Source: an uncultured Lachnospiraceae bacterium (GTDB taxonomy: Bacteria; Bacillota; Clostridia; Lachnospirales; Lachnospiraceae). Taken from it: DNA of 64,000 nt. The stretch spans positions 13,227 through 77,226 of the forward strand of contig ONAZ01000007.1 in the NCBI GenBank assembly GCA_900315945.1, read 5' to 3'. Below are positions 60,670-64,000 of the stretch, piece after piece. Made by a program: the position numbers and the translations under genes. The notes beneath the pieces are model-generated. The model did no database searches. It was given only the letters and a program-made list of their open reading frames with translations, and was not told where the DNA came from. Numbering within the stretch: position 1 is the stretch's first letter; each line of letters begins with the position of its first letter.

Positions 60670-61362
60670 TTACTCCTTGTAGAAATATCCAAGTCCCCAC
60701 TTTGTATGAATATATCTAGGTTCACTAGAATTAGGTTCTATCTTCTCACGTAAACGTCTAATGTGTACATCAACAGTTCTTGCATCACCTGGATAATCAT
60801 CACCCCAGATTGTTGTAAGAAGTGTATCTCTACTATAAACCTTACCTGGATTATTAACAAGAAGAAGTAGCATATCGAACTCTTTTGAAGTCAGGTTAAT
60901 TTCTTTGCCAAGTATCTTAAGCCCTCTACCCTGCACGTCAAGAGACAAGTCTCCACTATTAATAACATCAGAAGAAACTAGTGACTTATCGTTATAAGCA
61001 CTTGTTCTTCTCATAATAGCTTTAATTCTAGCTTTAACTTCAAGAATATTAAATGGTTTAGTTATATAATCATCTGCACCATATTCAAGGCCAAGTATTT
61101 TATCCATATCCTCACCTTTGGCTGTGAGCATAACAATTGGCATATTAGAAAACTCTCTTATACTTTGACATACTTCAAAGCCATCCATTTTAGGAAGCAT
61201 TACATCAAGAAGTACCATGTCATATTCAGTTTTACGAGCAAGGTCTAATGCTTCCTCACCATCATATGCACAGTCAACTTCCATACTGTCTTGCTCAAGA
61301 GAGAACTTTATTCCCTTAACTATTAACTTCTCGTCATCTACTACTAATACTTTCTTAGACAT
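60670..61362 (-). CDS. OmpR/PhoB-family response regulator (WalR/YycF-like)
   Basis: Receiver D-box (VLVVDDE...LLDVMLPKMDG...LTAK) and a winged-helix C-terminus. High similarity to YycF-type regulators. Confidence 0.9.
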   Translation of the reverse strand: MSKKVLVVDDEKLIVKGIKFSLEQDSMEVDCAYDGEEALDLARKTEYDMVLLDVMLPKMDGFEVCQSIREFSNMPIVMLTAKGEDMDKILGLEYGADDYITKPFNILEVKARIKAIMRRTSAYNDKSLVSSDVINSGDLSLDVQGRGLKILGKEINLTSKEFDMLLLLVNNPGKVYSRDTLLTTIWGDDYPGDARTVDVHIRRLREKIEPNSSEPRYIHTKWGLGYFYKE

Positions 61363-61389
61363 TTCATCTAAACCTTTCTATATAAAATG

Positions 61390-61995
61390 TTATACCTTAA
61401 TGGAGTCTGCTACCTTATTATAGACTCCCTCTTTAATCCCTGTTATATTCTTTAAATCCTCAATACTATTGAATCTCCCCTTACTTTCTCGATACTTGAT
61501 AATTGAATTAGCTTTGGATTCACCAATTCCCGGAAGAGTCATAAGTGTTTTGGCATCTGCAGTATTGATATCAACCTTATTGTCAGATATAGCGCTTTGC
61601 TGTGCCGCCATAGCTTCATCTTTCGTCTTTATCTCAAGCTTCATACCATCACTTATCTTCTGTGCCTGATTAAGACAAGATTCATCAGCATCTTCTCTTA
61701 GACCTCCTGCCATTAGAATAGCCTGAAAAATCCTGGCATCACCCTCAAGTTCATAGACTCCCGGTTTATTAACTGCACCTACAACTTGCACATAACACTT
61801 TCCTGTAGAATCAGATGTCTTGTCCTTAGAGGCTTTGGAAGAATTACCTTTACTGCTACTTGAGGTTTCGTTACCACTAGTGTCATTGACATTTGAATCT
61901 TTTTCAAGATATGACTTCTTCGAACACGAGCAAAATGTTACAACTGAAATCAAAAGTATTAACAAAATAAAGCAAATATTAATTTTTCTTTTCAT
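61390..61995 (-). CDS. comEA: competence protein ComEA (SLBB domain + tandem helix-hairpin-helix)
   Basis: N-terminal TM, an SLBB-like region and C-terminal INTADAKTLMTLPGIGESKANSII HhH motifs. Confidence 0.85.
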   Translation of the reverse strand: MKRKINICFILLILLISVVTFCSCSKKSYLEKDSNVNDTSGNETSSSSKGNSSKASKDKTSDSTGKCYVQVVGAVNKPGVYELEGDARIFQAILMAGGLREDADESCLNQAQKISDGMKLEIKTKDEAMAAQQSAISDNKVDINTADAKTLMTLPGIGESKANSIIKYRESKGRFNSIEDLKNITGIKEGVYNKVADSIKV

Positions 61996-62105
61996 AAATC
62001 CTCTCCTATTTTAGAAGAAGATTCTAATGTCTGCAATTAATATTTTAACGAAAATGTTACATTATTACAATAGTGTAACAAAAATATTTCAATTTTAGCT
62101 CGATT

Positions 62106-62132
62106 ATTAGCACTCATTTTTTAAGAGTGCTA
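62106..62132. promoter_or_regulatory. CIRCE operator upstream of htpG
   Basis: TTAGCACTC-ATTTTTTAA-GAGTGCTAA, about 95 bp upstream of the htpG ATG. Confidence 0.85.
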
Positions 62133-62223
62133 ATTTTTTATTGATTTTTGTATATTTTAGTGTTACTATACCAATTAGGGTTACAAACCAACAAGAAAAT
62201 AACAATAAAAGGAGAGATATAAA

Positions 62224-64000
62224 ATGAGTGAAAAACATGGAAATCTATCGATTACAAGCGAAAATATATTTCCAGTAATCAAGAAATGGTTATATTCAGA
62301 TCACGACATATTCTTTAGAGAACTTATCTCTAATGGTTGCGATGCTATTACAAAACTTAAGAAGCTTGACCTTATGGGTGAATATGAGCTCCCTGATGAT
62401 TACAAACCTAAGATGGATATTATTGTTAATCCAGAAGAGAAAACTCTTACATTTATCGATAATGGTCTTGGTATGACTGAGGAAGAAGTAGATGAATATA
62501 TTAATCAAATTGCTTTCTCTGGTGCTACTGATTTCCTAGAGAAATACAAAGACAAGGCTAATGAAGACCAAATAATCGGGCACTTTGGACTTGGCTTCTA
62601 TTCAGCATTTATGGTTGCAGACTCAGTTCATATTGATACATTGTCATACCAGAAGGGCGCAAGTGCTGTTCACTGGGAATGTGATGGCGGAACAGAGTTC
62701 GATATGAAAGACGGAATCTATGATACCGTTGGAACAAAAATCACACTATTCTTAAATGAAGACTCACTAGAATTTGCCAACGAATATCGTGCAAGAGAAG
62801 TCATTGAGAAGTACTGCTCTTTCATGCCAACAGAAATCTACCTTACTAAGGCAAATGCTGAGGAAGAATACGAAACTATTGACGTAGAAGATAAAAGAGA
62901 TACTGATACAGTAATAGAAGAAATTCACGAAGAAGCAAAATACGAAGAAAAGGAAAATGAAGACGGCAAAAAGGAAAAGGTTGAAGTATCACCTGCCAAA
63001 GACAAACTAAAAATTGTTAAGAGACCTGTCCCATTAAATGACACAAATCCTCTTTGGGCAAAGCATCCTAATGATTGTACTGATGATGAATACAAGGAAT
63101 TCTACAGAAATGTATTTAATGATTTCAAAGAGCCACTATTTTGGATTCACCTAAATATGGATTACCCATTTAACCTAAAGGGTATATTGTATTTCCCTAA
63201 GATTAATACAGAATATGACTCAATTGAAGGTACAATAAAGCTTTATAATAACCAAGTATTCGTAGCTGATAATATTAAAGAAGTAATACCTGAATACTTA
63301 ATGCTTCTTAAAGGTGTTATCGATTGTCCTGACTTACCACTTAATGTATCACGTTCTGCTCTACAGAATGATGGCTTTGTTAAGAAGATTCAGGAATATA
63401 TCTCTAAGAAAGTTGCTGACAAACTTGCCGGACTTTGCAAGACAGAGAAAGAATCATATGAGAAATACTGGGATGACATTAGTCCATTCATCAAATTCGG
63501 TTGCTTAAAGGATGAGAAATTCTGCGACCGCATGAATGACTACATTCTATTTAAAGATATTGATGATAAATATGTTACTCTACCTGAACTTCTTGTTAAA
63601 GAGGAAAAGGAAGAAGCAACAGATGAAGACGGCAACAAAGTTGAGGCAGAGGTCGTTGAGGATGACAAGAAAGCCGATGACGAAAATGCTGAGCCAGAAG
63701 ATACACGTACTATAGTATATTACGTAACAGATAAAGAACAGCAAGGTCAATATATTAAAATGTTCAAAGAGCAAGGCCTTACAGCTGTAATATTAGACCA
63801 CAACATTGATACATCATTTATATCACAACTTGAGCAAAGAAATGAGACATATAAATTTGCAAGAATTGATGCAGACGTTACTGATTCTCTTGTTGAAGAA
63901 ACAGATGACAAAGAACTTGAAGAGACAACTACTGCTCTAACAAAAATATTCAAGAAAGCATTATCTAATGATAGTCTTGATGTCAAGGTTACGAAGTTCA
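62224..64000 (+). CDS. htpG: molecular chaperone HtpG (Hsp90), N-terminal ~590 aa (runs off window end)
   Basis: Translation from the ATG at 62224 gives MSEKHGNLSITSENIFPVIKKWLYSDHDIFFRELISNGCDAITKL... with GHKL ATPase motifs (IGHFGLGFYSAFMVAD). AAAGGAGAG RBS. Absent from the ORF track because it has no stop inside the window. Confidence 0.9.
   Translation, partial: MSEKHGNLSITSENIFPVIKKWLYSDHDIFFRELISNGCDAITKLKKLDLMGEYELPDDYKPKMDIIVNPEEKTLTFIDNGLGMTEEEVDEYINQIAFSGATDFLEKYKDKANEDQIIGHFGLGFYSAFMVADSVHIDTLSYQKGASAVHWECDGGTEFDMKDGIYDTVGTKITLFLNEDSLEFANEYRAREVIEKYCSFMPTEIYLTKANAEEEYETIDVEDKRDTDTVIEEIHEEAKYEEKENEDGKKEKVEVSPAKDKLKIVKRPVPLNDTNPLWAKHPNDCTDDEYKEFYRNVFNDFKEPLFWIHLNMDYPFNLKGILYFPKINTEYDSIEGTIKLYNNQVFVADNIKEVIPEYLMLLKGVIDCPDLPLNVSRSALQNDGFVKKIQEYISKKVADKLAGLCKTEKESYEKYWDDISPFIKFGCLKDEKFCDRMNDYILFKDIDDKYVTLPELLVKEEKEEATDEDGNKVEAEVVEDDKKADDENAEPEDTRTIVYYVTDKEQQGQYIKMFKEQGLTAVILDHNIDTSFISQLEQRNETYKFARIDADVTDSLVEETDDKELEETTTALTKIFKKALSNDSLDVKVTKF

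Noticed and set aside
62296-62508. 70-aa minus-strand ORF and the other small ORFs at 63314-63986
   Set aside because: All overlap the htpG coding sequence on the opposite strand or in other frames. htpG is supported by a full-length Hsp90 N-terminus and an upstream CIRCE.

Overview
This is a low-GC Firmicutes (Clostridia-like) chromosomal segment of about 64 kb. It is densely packed with housekeeping genes, mostly on the minus strand. Gene order mirrors the Bacillus subtilis lepA-hemW-hrcA-grpE-dnaK-dnaJ...prmA-rsmE-mtaB block and the ireB-ruvX-DUF1292/rnj-trmR-trhP block. It also carries the aroC-tgt-yajC, thiI-nifS, clpC-radA and comEA...comEC loci, plus a partial argH at the 5' end and a partial htpG at the 3' end. 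Two perfect CIRCE operators sit upstream of hrcA and htpG. Three accessory insertions interrupt the conserved backbone. (i) Between dnaJ and prmA lie a secreted class-3 lipase, a ydjIGH-like membrane-stress module (SPFH protein with three C-terminal zinc ribbons, a zinc-ribbon membrane protein and a TPM-domain protein) and an Amidase_3 lipoprotein. (ii) Between rpsT and comEC is a ~7.5 kb island. It holds an LCM-type methyltransferase-STAS fusion, a membrane-anchored type-B carboxylesterase, an uncharacterised 888-aa protein with a C-terminal HxxxDG acyltransferase-like domain, and a 273-aa possible PD-(D/E)XK-like protein. This last gene is directly preceded by about 11 tandem copies of a 73-74 bp non-coding repeat. 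(iii) A WalRK-like two-component system and a GerMN lipoprotein are embedded between comEA and comEC. Several intergenic regions contain a recurring architecture. It is a ~27-30 bp AT-rich imperfect terminal inverted repeat flanking a 75-110 nt GC-rich hairpin-rich core. Copies are seen in the argH leader, between grpE and dnaK, and between lepA and holA. Other structured tandem repeats lie upstream of the SDR gene, upstream of the hrcA promoter and upstream of holA. Many ORF-track starts are TTG/GTG artefacts and were re-assigned to internal ATG or TTG starts that have good Shine-Dalgarno sequences.
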